Source: an uncultured Bacilli bacterium (GTDB lineage Bacteria; Bacillota_I; Bacilli_A; RF39; UBA660). Taken from it: DNA of 64,000 nt. This document shows, in pieces, positions 52,945 through 64,000 of this stretch. Both the position numbers and the translations under genes were made by a program. The stretch spans positions 19,549 through 83,548 of the forward strand of contig CANRPB010000001.1 of the NCBI GenBank assembly GCA_947632415.1, written 5' to 3'. Numbering within the stretch: position 1 is the stretch's first letter; each line of letters begins with the position of its first letter. Below the pieces are notes generated by a model that was not told where the DNA came from, did not search any database, and saw nothing but the letters and a program-made list of their open reading frames with translations.

Positions 52945-53935
52945 TAATTGATAGCTCCTTGTAACAGTGATGTTACAAGCAAATCTACTTAATTGCTGGA
53001 AAATCGTTAATAGATTTAAAAACATAGATTAACATTTAAATCATAGTTCATGGAAACTAATCGACAATCAGCAGCTAAAACACTGCACAGACCTGTAAAT
53101 GGATTTGAATATAGGTATTCCATCACAACTGATGGTGAAGTTTATGATAATCATAGAAAAATATATCTAAAACCGTTTGAAAATAGAGTTAACCTAATCG
53201 GGATTAATGATAAAGTCTATTCAATTAGAATCGAAAAGTTACTTGCAAGTACTTTTAAAGACATTAATCTGGTAGACTATGAAGAAGTAAAAGATCATCC
53301 TGGTTACTACATAAATAGATGCGGTTCACTCTACAACAGTAAGACAAAAAGATTTATAAAGACAACTGTTAAGAACGGTTACTTAAGGTATAACGTGGAT
53401 TGGAAAGTTAGACAAGTTCATAGAGTGTTAGCAATCCAATTCATACAAAATCCAATGAATTATAATTCAATCGACCATGTAGATTGCAATAAGCTAAACA
53501 ATAGTTTAGATAATCTAGAATGGGTAGATATAGAAGAAAATAAAAAGAGAGCTTACGATAATGGATTAACTAGAGTAGTAAAATCAATGGTTACATTCAT
53601 TAAAGATGAAGAAAGTTTCTCAATATTGGGTTTAGAAAATGCTAGTAAAATATTTGGGATAAAGAAATCAACCTTGTGTACAATGATAAAGCGATACGGT
53701 AATAAAGATATGGTAATCCCAAGTGGTTCTATGAAAGGTTACAAAATCATAACTAACAAGTGCAAATGTAAAGTTCAACGACTATCCGAAATGGAGTAGA
53801 GTTCAAGTGAACTCGAAATGGTAGATTACTCAATAGAGTAAAAGATATAGTCTAATCACTTAGGAAACTAAGTGGGGATTCTAGAACGATCACAGAATCC
53901 CAACTCAAACTAACGATTTGAGTTAAATGTAAATG
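52945..53935 (+). mobile_element. Group I-like intron carrying an HNH endonuclease gene. Boundaries are inferred.
   Basis: It splits the capsid ORF. Joining T52944 to T53936 gives in-frame ...TGEMG|LREFDRV.... G53935 could be the terminal G. Hairpins include CACTTAG GAAA CTAAGTG, GGGATTCT..AGAATCCC and CTTGTAAC..GTTACAAG. Long-range AATCTAC/GTAGATT pairing. I could not identify P1/IGS. Confidence 0.5.
53050..53841 (+). CDS. HNH homing endonuclease (NUMOD4/HNH_3-like)
   Basis: YSITTDGEVYD, then IDHVDCNKLNNSLDNLEWVDIEENKK. No internal TAG. The first stop is TAG 53797-53799. If that is read through, the ORF ends at TAA 53839-53841. Confidence 0.75.
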
Positions 53936-54406
53936 TTAAGAGAGTTCGATCGTGTATTGAAGGAAAAGATGGTTAACATGAACCTGATTGATACTGTATT
54001 TGTAACAGGTTCTGGTGAAAACCTGACTTTCGGTGGACAGTTCAAGACCTATAAGATGACCAATGGCATTGAACTTACTTTGAAGTATTTCCCGTTGTAT
54101 GATGATCTTACCTATAATCGTAAGTTGCATCCGGTTACTTTGAAACCGTTGGAATCCTACCGTATTACGTTCCTTGATCTGGGTAGACGTGATGGCGAAG
54201 CTAACGTGGTTAAAGTAGTTCGTAAAGATCGTGAATTTGTAACATGGACTACGGGTGGTTCTGTACTGCCGAGTGGTTATGCTCATTCAACGAACACGCT
54301 CAGAAGTAACGGTAAGGATGGGTACACGGTTTACTTTTTGGCAGAATGCGGGATAATGTTGAGGGATCCGCGTAGTTCTGGAGAGCTCATAATGGAAAGT
54401 GAGTAA
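53936..54406 (+). CDS. Major capsid protein, exon 2
   Basis: 157-codon ORF with no TAG. TAA stop. It is preceded in frame by TAA, so it cannot be a simple continuation. Confidence 0.55.
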   Translation, partial: LREFDRVLKEKMVNMNLIDTVFVTGSGENLTFGGQFKTYKMTNGIELTLKYFPLYDDLTYNRKLHPVTLKPLESYRITFLDLGRRDGEANVVKVVRKDREFVTWTTGGSVLPSGYAHSTNTLRSNGKDGYTVYFLAECGIMLRDPRSSGELIMESE

Positions 54407-54475
54407 CCATAATTAATTCAACTTTAATTGCAACTTTTCATGGATATTTATGTTATATGTATATATAACTAAAGT

Positions 54476-55177
54476 ATGAAAACTATGAAAAGTAATGAAG
54501 TTTATAAAATAACAAATAAGGTTACAAACAAAGTTTATATTGGGATAACGAACCAAGGGTCCGGTATTCGGTATCGGAAGCACTGGTCTGATGCTAGACA
54601 TGGGGACCCTTGCCCAATGCATCTTTCAATGGCGAAGTATGGCAAAGAAAATTTCACATTAGAGATAATTGATTTTGCTGAGACATACGATGAGTCGAAA
54701 GAAAAAGAAAAGTACTGGATTAAGTACTACGATTCCAGAAATCGTGAAAAAGGGTACAATCTCACTGAGGGTGGCGACGGAACTTTTGGACGTATGCATT
54801 CGGAGGAAACGAAAGAAAAAATACGACAGAGAGCCATTGGACGTAAAGCTTCCGAGGAGACTAAAAAGAAGATGTCTGAATCTAGAAGAGGAAAAACGTC
54901 GGATAAACGTAAAGCGCATCTCAAAGAAATAATAGATATGGGGAAACGAAGAGTAACTGCTGAATTCATGGTCGTGAATGAATCGCTGGGTGCGTTAATG
55001 GAAACTGTTAAGATTTTTAATTCCGTTAAAGAATGTGCAGAATATTTCAATCTTAACCGTAGTACAGTTACTAAATATTGTAATGCTGAATACGGATATT
55101 GCAAAAAGTGCGAAGCGTGGTTTTCGTTTACGGACGGTGAGCGGTACCAGAAACAACTAACTGAACAATCTAATTAA
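54476..55177 (+). CDS. GIY-YIG homing endonuclease (free-standing)
   Basis: VYKITNKVTNKVYIGIT, YGKENF, YWIKYYDSRNREKGYNLTEGG. NUMOD3-like repeats HSEETKEKI and ASEETKKKM. Confidence 0.8.
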   Translation: MKTMKSNEVYKITNKVTNKVYIGITNQGSGIRYRKHWSDARHGDPCPMHLSMAKYGKENFTLEIIDFAETYDESKEKEKYWIKYYDSRNREKGYNLTEGGDGTFGRMHSEETKEKIRQRAIGRKASEETKKKMSESRRGKTSDKRKAHLKEIIDMGKRRVTAEFMVVNESLGALMETVKIFNSVKECAEYFNLNRSTVTKYCNAEYGYCKKCEAWFSFTDGERYQKQLTEQSN

Positions 55178-55182
55178 TAATT

Positions 55183-55935
55183 ATGGAAGTAATCGTTAGA
55201 ATAATTAAAGCAAACCCTTGGTCAGGGATTACTAAATGGCCTACTTGTTTTGACTATGTAGGTTCATACTGGACTAGATCAGGTAACTTATACACTGGTT
55301 TAACTAAAGAAGATTCAACTAGACTTGAATAGGAATTAGGTTACCCTGAAGGTCAATTATCACCACACAGTTCGTTTTGGGATACATTTGCAGTTAAGGT
55401 TGGTAAGAAAGACGTAATACTCAATACTGACAAACCTGAAGATGAACTAAAATATCTATTCTTAAAGAATCACAAAAGAGTAGCCAACGGTTTAAATAAA
55501 ATTACACCAGGTACTGACTACGTACTGATTAATCAGGATAGTGAAGCTGAAGAAAAGAATAGGATTAACAAAGTTAAACGTGAAGCTTACAGAGAAATGG
55601 ATAAGATGTCCATTGAAGAAATGCGTAAGTGTTTACGTCTATATGGCATTAGATCTAATGAGATGTCTAATGAACTCATTGAATCTAAACTGTCTGAATT
55701 GATAGAGCAAGACCCGAATAAGTATTTAGAGAAATGGGTTAATAATGCTGACAAAGAAATTAACTACATGATCGAAGAAGCATTGGCTAAGAATATACTT
55801 AGAAAGAATAGAACTAACTATTACTTTGGTACTGATTTAATTGGCAATGGTCTTGATGATGTAATTGCATACTTTAAGAATAAAGCTAATTCAGAGATTA
55901 AAGCTACTATTCTAAATGAAATAAAGTCTAAATAA
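55183..55935 (+). CDS. Hypothetical structural-module protein (one in-frame TAG)
   Basis: ATG 55183 is in frame with track ORF 55597... The whole gap was read and contains a single TAG. Confidence 0.6.
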
Positions 55936-56720
55936 TGACAACTAGAGATCTACATATAGCATTTAAAGTACTACTGGATAAAAACGCTGAAACTGTAGCA
56001 TACGGTGGGTGTCCTGCTTTCTTAGATGAGGAAGTAGACATATTCCTTAATTAGGCTTACTTAGAGGTAATTAGTTAGAAATTCACCGGTTCAAATGTCT
56101 TAAAATAGGGATTTGAAGGTTCAGTTAAACGTACTGCAGATTTAGAAAGATTAGTTAAAACTGATCATCTAGTACCTGTGGTTCGTTCTTTTGCTAATGT
56201 ACTTGAGCTTAAAGGTGCATTCAGTAAAGAGTCTTATCATGAGGATGAACAAGGTGAAGACAATCAAAACAGTAAGCGTTTATTCTTTGTATCTGCTAGA
56301 TTATTGTGGGGTTTAGACTAGGATAACTTTGAAGAAAGTTTAGGTGATTTGATATTAGAGAAGATCGGTATTAAGACTGCACCAGTTAGGTTGGTAGATC
56401 ACAATATAGCATAGAACTTCCTAATGACTCATAATAACCACCCGTATATACCTATACCGGTAGCTACAATGGAAGACGATACCTTACTGATATATGTAGA
56501 TCCGTATAAGATGTTAACTACTGAAAATAAGTACTATTTAGATCTCACGTATATCAAAGTACCTAGTAAGATAGACTGTGATAAACCTGATGATACATTA
56601 GATAACCTACCTGATAGTGTTATGAATGAAGTAGTTAATCGAGCAGTACTTATAGCTTTAGATAATATAGAAGCTCCTAGGACACAATAGAAAGCACAAC
56701 TTAATGCATTACAAGAATAA
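55935..56720 (+). CDS. Connector/adaptor-like protein, paralog 1 (TAG read as sense)
   Basis: TAATG overlap with the upstream gene. In frame with 56424..56690 and continues past TAG to TAA 56718-56720. Confidence 0.55.
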
Positions 56721-56725
56721 TAGAT

Positions 56726-57508
56726 ATGGACGCTAGATCAATGCAAATTTCATTTGAAAACCGTTTATAGCAAATTAGTCCTAATTTGGCATTATCGGGT
56801 AAGCTGAGTTCAGATATTGTATTTGAATTCTTGAATGCAGCTATGTTAAGGTTCTGTAAGGACACGTATACGTTAGAAGATCAAACTGAAGATGGTTCTA
56901 GGGCATTTAGGGTAACTAATGATGCATTAAAAGGTTTATCTACTAGAGTAGTATTACCAGTTAATAAACCATCTGAAGATGAAAGTACATTGAGTAATTA
57001 TACAGTAAGGGTTAAGTTGCCTGATAACTTTATGTACTACATTAGATCAGCATCTAAAGTGACTCAATCATATAAATCAAAAGATCCAACTGAACCGTTT
57101 GTTACACCGAATAAAGTCATTAAAGCTGAACAAATAGGTTTAATACTAACTACATACTACAATAAACCAATACTGGTTAATCCATATGCAGTATTGACTG
57201 AATCACATATAGTAGCAGATAACTTAGAAGATCCTATAGTTAAAGACCCGGTAGATAGTAATTTGTACTTAAACATAGTGCATGACGCATATACTACTAT
57301 AACTGATGTAGATCTATATTACTATCGTAGGCCCCGTAAGTTTGATGTGATAGGTGTAGATGGTGAAACTATACTAGATCATTGTGAATTAGCACCGAAT
57401 GTTCATATGCAAATAGTTGAGCTAGCAATTCAAATGTATTTAGATGATTCTAGATCAAAGGTAGCTGAACAAGATGCTCCACAACAGCAACGAGTAAATA
57501 AAGAATAA
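56726..57508 (+). CDS. Connector/adaptor-like protein, paralog 2
   Basis: ATG 56726 is in frame with 56786..57508. Its C-terminal HMQIVELAIQMYLDDS resembles the neighbours. Confidence 0.55.
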
Positions 57509-57510
57509 CA

Positions 57511-58239
57511 ATGAAATATATAGAATTAGTAGAAAGTCTAGAATTAGAACTAAATAAGTGGGATGATGGGTTAACCAAACCTACTACTAATGAAGAAGAG
57601 TATTTCTTAAATGCTGCTGTTGAATAGTTCTATAAGACCAGGTATTCTGGTATGAATATCAAACAGAAAGGGTTTGAACAGGACTAGAAAAGGATAGATG
57701 ATCTGCGTAGATTAGTAGTAGATAAGATTTACACTTCAGATGAAATAACTGAAAGTGGTATTACTTATTCAGTTGATCTACCAGATAACTATATACTATA
57801 CTTAGGTAGTACAGCTGGTATAGTACCTGCTAATGATGAGGCAGCTAGGTGTTGGGATAAGGATGAAGATGGTAACTATATCGTACATAGATCAGATACA
57901 TTAGAAGGTACGGTATACACCCTAGATAGAATGCTAGAAAACTCATTATCAGAGCATAGACTACATTATACTGCAGCTAAACCAATTAGGTTAATGGCTG
58001 GTGATAAAATTAACTTATATACCGATGGTAATTACAAAGTAAGTGAGTATAGGCTAACTTACTTAAGGTTACCTGAAAAGATACAACTCCTTGACCGTGA
58101 AGACATGTTTGAGGAGTATACGGATTTACCTGAACATACGCACTTAGAAATAGTTAAGTTAGCGGCTTAGCTCTACATTGAGAATCAAGTAGATCCACGG
58201 GTTAGGACTTACCCACAACAAGTCCAAACTATGGAATAA
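57511..58239 (+). CDS. Connector/adaptor-like protein, paralog 3
   Basis: ATG 57511 is in frame with 57931..58170. Extends past TAG to TAA 58237-58239. C-terminus HLEIVKLAAQLYIENQ. Confidence 0.55.
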
Positions 58240-58330
58240 TTAAAGCGCTTACCGACGTGGAAATACCTGTGAGTAAAGTAGAAGGTAAGTGGGACTAAGC
58301 GCTAATGTCTAATTAAATTTAATTATAATA

Positions 58331-59317
58331 ATGATTACTAGAGTAAAAAGCGTACTTGTTGGTAACGAATTCAAGGCTACAGCTACATCTGCTGATGATC
58401 TGTCTATTGGTGACATCATCATGGTAGATCAGGATAGCAATATAATCGATGGTGAAAAGAAAGCTGCTGAAGCTAGTTCTATCCAGATTGGTGTAGTTAC
58501 CGGTAAGACTAAAGTAGCTGATACTGCAGGTGCATTGCAAGATATGAATACACTGGTTTGGTCAAATAGAATTGACAAATCAGGTCACCCAAGTGCAGTA
58601 ATTGGTTCTTATGAAGCACCTGTGGCAGAAAAGATTGAATTCGATTTTACAAATGCAACTATAACAGCTGGTCATAGATATGTATTAAGAATTGTCTATA
58701 AAGACATTACTGAAGCACCTGGTCAGTTTACTCACACATACGAAGTTGTTAGTGGTGATGACGAATCAGAAAATTTAGTTACAGCACTGGCTAACAAGGT
58801 TAATAAACATAAGAATCGTAGGGTTGAAGCTAAAGCTGAAACTAAAAAACTGATTTTGACTGCATTGGAAAAGGACGATAATGAAGGTGTTGATTCAATC
58901 AATGAGTACAGTGTAGTAACTATGGATGCTACTATTTATGAAACAGTACCTGGTGCATTACTTTCTAATCAGCCTAAAGCAGTTGAAAGTCTTACTAAGA
59001 CTAAAACAACTGGTAAACCGGGTAAAGGTTACTGGAAGCAAGTTAGAGATGCTGAGAGACGTAACATGGGTTACAAAGGTCATGTGTTTAGTGGTGCATA
59101 TCCTGCTGTAGAACAGGATCTGTTGGTTGATCCTAGTGCTGAGTACGATTATATCGTAATTGAAAATGATAACCTGTACTTGAGCAATGATAACCAGTAT
59201 ATCAAGTCTACTCCGTTGACTACTGAACTTTATATCAAAAAAGGTCAGAAAACAGAACTTGAAAAATGCGTTAAAGCATTCGTTACTGGTCAGGCTCCTG
59301 CATCTGAAGCAGTATAA
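58331..59317 (+). CDS. Abundant-type virion structural protein (no TAG). Exact role unknown.
   Basis: 328-codon ORF without any in-frame TAG, followed by a strong terminator. Confidence 0.65.
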   Translation: MITRVKSVLVGNEFKATATSADDLSIGDIIMVDQDSNIIDGEKKAAEASSIQIGVVTGKTKVADTAGALQDMNTLVWSNRIDKSGHPSAVIGSYEAPVAEKIEFDFTNATITAGHRYVLRIVYKDITEAPGQFTHTYEVVSGDDESENLVTALANKVNKHKNRRVEAKAETKKLILTALEKDDNEGVDSINEYSVVTMDATIYETVPGALLSNQPKAVESLTKTKTTGKPGKGYWKQVRDAERRNMGYKGHVFSGAYPAVEQDLLVDPSAEYDYIVIENDNLYLSNDNQYIKSTPLTTELYIKKGQKTELEKCVKAFVTGQAPASEAV

Positions 59318-59351
59318 TTAACTTCATAAAATAATTATCGACAAACTCACA

Positions 59352-59390
59352 AGTGGGGTGTGGGGTCTCCCCATATCCCACTTTCTTTTT
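59352..59390 (+). terminator. Intrinsic terminator
   Basis: AGTGGG..GGGGTCTCCCC..CCCACT nested stem, followed by TTCTTTTT. Confidence 0.75.
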
Positions 59391-59394
59391 ATAT

Positions 59395-59997
59395 ATGAAT
59401 AATCTAACTAATATAAAGATTGAAGCTAATACGCTAACATTTACTCTAGATTATACTGAAAGTCTCGATGAGTATACTAAAGTACTTTATGTTGATGAAG
59501 TATGGAATCTAAAGAATATACTTAATGACTGCCCAGCACATAACTATAAGTTCACTAATGTTGAAGGACCAACAGATGGACACACTTATACAGTTACAGA
59601 TGATTAGGTATTGAAGTTAGATGAGAATATGAAGTATTTCATACTTACCTGTACTAAAGAAGATGAATAGATTAGATTCTACGGTATATACTATAATCCT
59701 ACATTAATCTATCATGCTGAATTGAGGAAGCTACACAGTTACTGTCAGACGTGTTTAGATGATAGAACTATGCAAGATATTATGCTGGTAGTATTTAAGC
59801 GTTAGCTGTTAGAATATGCTATAGCTGGTGAGCATTATAAAGATGCTATGCAGTTATATGCAGATTTGTGTCGTTTACTAGATATATCTACTAGGAAAGA
59901 CTTAGAAATTAACTTATATAAGCAATATCATTGTGGTGATGACACTAAATGTGATAAATGTCATCAATGCAGCAACGGTGTTTGTAAACTAATTTAA
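59395..59997 (+). CDS. Hypothetical protein with a Cys-rich C-terminus (TAG read as sense)
   Basis: The start is moved to ATG 59395, because the track GTG start lies in the terminator. Read through TAGs to TAA 59995-59997. C-terminus CGDDTKCDKCHQCSNGVC. Confidence 0.55.
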
Positions 59998-60006
59998 TTG
60001 TATACT

Positions 60007-61884
60007 ATGACAGATGAAGAACTATTAAAAGTTGCAGACCTTGTTTACGCTAAATTGGAAGATAAATTCCATGCACTAGACGGTGTAGTAGGTGCTAGGG
60101 GTAGACGAGGTGAAGATGGTAAACAGGGTGAAAGAGGTTTGCCTGGTAGAGATGCAGATAGAGGTCCTGCTGGTCAAGATGGTTATAGTACTCGTATAGT
60201 AATAGTATACAAGTTAACTGAAGATGATGCTACACCTGCTCCACCTACAGGCGGATCATGGGACTTCATGACTAATAAAGTTACACCACCTGAGGGATGG
60301 ACTGAAGCAGCACCTAATCATGAAACTGGTTATCTATGGCAGTCATAGGCAATATTCAGTACTAATGGTGACTAGTTACAGGCATGGACACAACCATTTA
60401 GGTTAAACAGTAAAGACGGTTCTGATGGTGCAGATAGTTTCTTCATCGAGTATGTTTATAAGCTAACTGCTGATCAAACATCTATACCTACTACACCATC
60501 AAATAACCCAGATGTGGATGACTGGACAGGTGACTGGTCCGATAACCCAAAAGGTATTACTGAAGAATTACGTTGTGAATGGGTTTGTTCTAGGTAGCGT
60601 AATGCTGACGGTAAATGGGGTAATTGGATTGGACCAACTATATGGTCAGTATGGGGTAATGCTGGTAAAGATGGTGATGGTATGCAATATGTCTATAAGC
60701 TTACTGAAACTAAAGAGAAACCAGCAGATATAGTTGAAAGGGACCCATTAGATTAGTCAGAATGGATACCAACAGGCTGGACTGACGACCCTACTGGTGT
60801 TAGTGAAGAGATGCAGTTTGAATGGGTATCTCAACGTAAGTTTAACGGTGTTGATGGCAAATGGGGTGAATGGACATCTCCTAGGTTATGGGCAACATGG
60901 GGTTAGAAAGGTGACACTGGTTTGAGTGTAGCTGTACGTTATCAGGCAATGGTTAAAGATGCTGAAAAACCAGTTATTGAAGATCGTAAAAGACCTGAAC
61001 CAGGTGATCAATGGTCTAAATTAATACCAGAGTTAGAACCAGGTAAGGTTATTTGGTGCTGTCAAGCATTAGTCTATGAAAACGGTACTGTATACTGTGA
61101 CCCTACAATGCCTGAAGAGAAACAAGGCTGGCAAGGTCCGTGGATAATTAGTGGTGCTAATGGTGATAGAGGGAAGCGAGGTATAGAACCTGATTACCCA
61201 TGCATAGTATTCAAACAAGACTAGTACGTACCTGAGAAGCCAAATGGTACAGACCCAAAAACACCAGGCAATGGTTGGGCAACAACTATACCACAAAATT
61301 TAGGTACAGTACCATGGTGGGGTTGTTGGGGTCAAGTTACGCATTTAGCTAATCCGGCATATGATGAAACCCAAGATACTGAAGATGATGAGTACTTAAC
61401 TACTGTATCATGGGGTTCCCCAATACGTATAAACGGTGTTGTTGGTCAACCTTGCGTGTTAGCTTCTTTTCAAGCAACTTGTCCACGTGGCAATTCTTCT
61501 AATTGGACTATCTCAAGACATTCGTATGCGATTGGCGTTGAGAAAGCAACTGTGGTAGCACAGACTAAATTCCTAGGTAAAGTAAATTTTATACCATCAG
61601 CAGGGTATTCCATTGAAGTTACTTCCGTAGCATTTAATTGTGGAGAATGTATGTCTGAGGGAGCAATTGGTTCACGTTTTAAGTCCGGTGATGAGCATAG
61701 AACCCGTGGTACTTCTTTTATGTACGCCCCACACGCATACATTGATAATGACAATAGTGTTTACTTAATTGGGTTCTGCCAACGTGATAAAAACAACGAC
61801 AGCCTCTGGGCAGGTAACTGGGATGGTTCAGGATTAAATACTTTTACTCTAACTGTATTCGGTAAAGTAACAGCAACAGTATAA
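60007..61884 (+). CDS. Tail fibre protein with a collagen-like segment and Trp-rich repeats (TAG read as sense)
   Basis: G-X-Y run GARGRRGEDGKQGERGLPGRD..RGPAGQDG at 60091-60183. Repeated W(T/S)D.P.G(I/V).EE...EW...R....G.WG.W modules. Frame 1 links 59998.., 60922.. and 61456... Confidence 0.7.
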
Positions 61885-61886
61885 CT

Positions 61887-63281
61887 ATGCGTAAACATAA
61901 CACTTTTAATAGTAGAGTAATACCACCTACTACAACTATAGTTAGACCAAAGAAAGTATTTACTACACCAGTATAGGGTAACTTGGGCAAAGGTCTAACC
62001 TCAGAGTAGTATAACGGTATACTAGGTAATATAGGCGATCTATAGGAAAAAGCAGCTGTACAGCGTAGTGAATATGATGCTTATGTAGAGAAGAATGAAA
62101 AAGCTACAGTACGTTCAGACTATAACATTGCTGATATAACTGCACTAGCTAAATCATTAGAGTTACTTATCTACGACTTATAGAATAAACTAAAGAAACA
62201 GGATAAGTGGAATGCGTTATTTAATCAATAGATCTCACAAGCAAGTGATTCTAGTGGTGTACTCGAAATAGTTTAGTCTAGGATAGATCAACTTGATGAT
62301 AAGATTAAGCGGGTTACCGATGAATTAAAGTAGTCAGTAGAAGGTTTATCAGGGGTTACAAACTAGTTGAACGGGGATGCTTCAGGTTAGACTAAATAGA
62401 TAAAGAATCTAATTCGTATATTATAGGCATTACCTGGGTTTGTGACTAACATCGACAGTGTGTGCAATAAGGCAGACGGTGGATTTGAGATTAACTACAG
62501 TGCCGTCAAGTTCGATAATATTGACCTAGATGCCGAAATTCCTGGAGAAGACGAAAAAGGTGACATAATAGATCCAAATGAACCTGAAGAACCAGAACCA
62601 GGTGATAGTCGCGACCCTAGTGGCGATGACGAAGAGGAGCCTAATCCAGATGATCGTGAGGATGAACCAGAACCAGAGCCTAACACAAATCCTGTATCTT
62701 CAGCTGAAACTAAAGTAACAGTTACTTCACCAACAGATATAGCATTTGACAACGTATATGCTAATAATGTAATAACTCCTACCCCACCTAAAGAAGCTGC
62801 GATAGAAGTTATATATAGTGGGTATATATCATTGTGGTAGGATGGTGCTCAGTGGAGATTAGCACAATACGGTAAGTATGCGTACTAGGGAGAACCTACC
62901 GCAGAAGTAAATGATGTTAATCTATATCTACGTTTCCCTACTGGGCACAGTATAACTAGCGTATCAGTAACACCAAAACGTACAGCAAGAGGTGATACTT
63001 CTGGTAGAAATGCTGGTGGTCTAGTCACGGTATATGCAGATCTTGTCGATAGTAAGTCTGTACGCTTCTGGTAGATTAGTCAAAGTGATAGCAACAATGA
63101 CTCATGGGGTATTGATTAGTGGAAACCAGACGCAGGTATAACAGATATATGGGTAACCGTATTTGGTGCTACTACGAGTAGTAGCTCTAGTACTGAACCA
63201 ATACCAACATTAACACCCAGTTGTGGTGAGAGAATAGAAACACCCATAGAACCAGAACCAGAACCAGAACCAACTGTATAA
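61887..63281 (+). CDS. Tail fibre/spike-like protein with a TAG-dense N-terminal region and Pro/Glu-rich linkers
   Basis: ATG 61887 is in frame with 62442..62840 and on to TAA 63279-63281. EPEEPEPGD...EDEPEPEPN, and a terminal EPEPEPEP. Confidence 0.6.
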
Positions 63282-63282
63282 C

Positions 63283-63675
63283 ATGAAAGCATTAGATTAT
63301 ATAAATAAGAAGACTGACATGCTATTAAAGACTAGCATCAGTAACCATAACAGAACTGTAGTGGCAAATATAGTCATTAATGAGCTAATAGACTTAATTG
63401 ATAAGTGTTCTGGTGATGAAATGGTTGATGCGAGTGATATAAGCATGTTATATACTATGATAGATAGAGCTAAAACTCAACTATATAGTGACGTACCATT
63501 GAAGCTTAAACCATACTGTGTTGAGTGTTGTAACGGTAAACTCAAGAGTCTTGATGATCCGTATGTGTTTGCTCTATTAACAGCTAAGTCAGATCCTTGG
63601 GTATACGAAGATGACGGAATCATCTTATTAGAAATGCAAGGAAATAATAAATATATTACGTATGATAATCGCTAA
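63283..63675 (+). CDS. Hypothetical protein
   Basis: 130-aa ORF without TAG. Confidence 0.6.
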   Translation: MKALDYINKKTDMLLKTSISNHNRTVVANIVINELIDLIDKCSGDEMVDASDISMLYTMIDRAKTQLYSDVPLKLKPYCVECCNGKLKSLDDPYVFALLTAKSDPWVYEDDGIILLEMQGNNKYITYDNR

Positions 63676-64000
63676 GATAAAAGGTTTAAAGATAAGTCAA
63701 GCAGATGAACGTGTATCGTTTACTGGTGACGAAATGATTCCGTTCTAGGATAAGGATAAGAATGGCAAGATACGAATATCAGCTTTCAAGGATGTATCAT
63801 TGTATACCTTTAATCCAGCTAAACCTAACTATGAAGAGTTACTATAGACAATAAAAGACGGTAAAGTAATATTCATCCCAAATAGTGATAATACTGGTTT
63901 AAAGCTAGTAACTGAATTATCGTTATCAGATGGCACTATACACTTAGAATCACCAGACTATGTTTTAGAAGAAGGTACTGATAAAATATCTAAAGTATAT
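63662..64000 (+). CDS. Hypothetical protein, 3' partial (TAG read as sense)
   Basis: ATG 63662 overlaps the previous gene by 14 nt. The frame is open to the window end apart from 2 TAG. Confidence 0.45.

Noticed and set aside
1-64000. I looked for CRISPR arrays, integrase or transposase genes, reverse transcriptase/DGR repeats, toxin-antitoxin pairs and rRNA genes.
   Set aside because: By eye I saw no regularly spaced direct repeats, no recombinase or RT motifs in any ORF, and no template/variable repeat pair. I cannot exclude divergent examples without profile searches.

Overview
AT-rich segment that reads as part of a crAss-like (Crassvirales-type) phage genome. This is judged from gene content and order only, since no database search was possible. 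There are three modules.

(1) 2-12355 (+): two giant virion-type proteins. The first carries an RNA-polymerase-like DFDID motif. The second carries HExxH and PD-(D/E)XK motifs.

(2) 12372-37257 (-): replication and early/middle module. It encodes a PD-(D/E)XK exonuclease, AAA+ ATPase, DnaG-like primase, SSB, Sak4-like ATPase, DnaB-like helicase, family-B DNA polymerase, an ECF-type sigma factor and many small orphan or membrane proteins. It is interrupted by a 2.1-kb and a 0.97-kb ORF-free stretch and dotted with tRNA-like elements.

(3) 37769-64000 (+): morphogenesis module. It encodes small proteins, a candidate amber-suppressor tRNA, tRNA-Met, TerL with a LAGLIDADG intein, portal, a scaffold-like protein, an MCP split by an intron-like insert carrying an HNH gene, a free-standing GIY-YIG gene, connector-like paralogs and tail fibres.

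Key sequence-level result: + strand genes are continuous only if TAG is a sense codon. Same-frame ORF fragments are separated only by TAG, never TAA or TGA, and genes close at TAA/TGA. In contrast, five - strand genes terminate at TAG.

The most unexplained object is the 2.1-kb ORF-free, GC-enriched, strand-skewed region at 24975-27116. Functions are assigned from motifs I could read directly. Many ORFs remain hypothetical, and the tRNA-like, intron and ncRNA calls need computational folding or searches.
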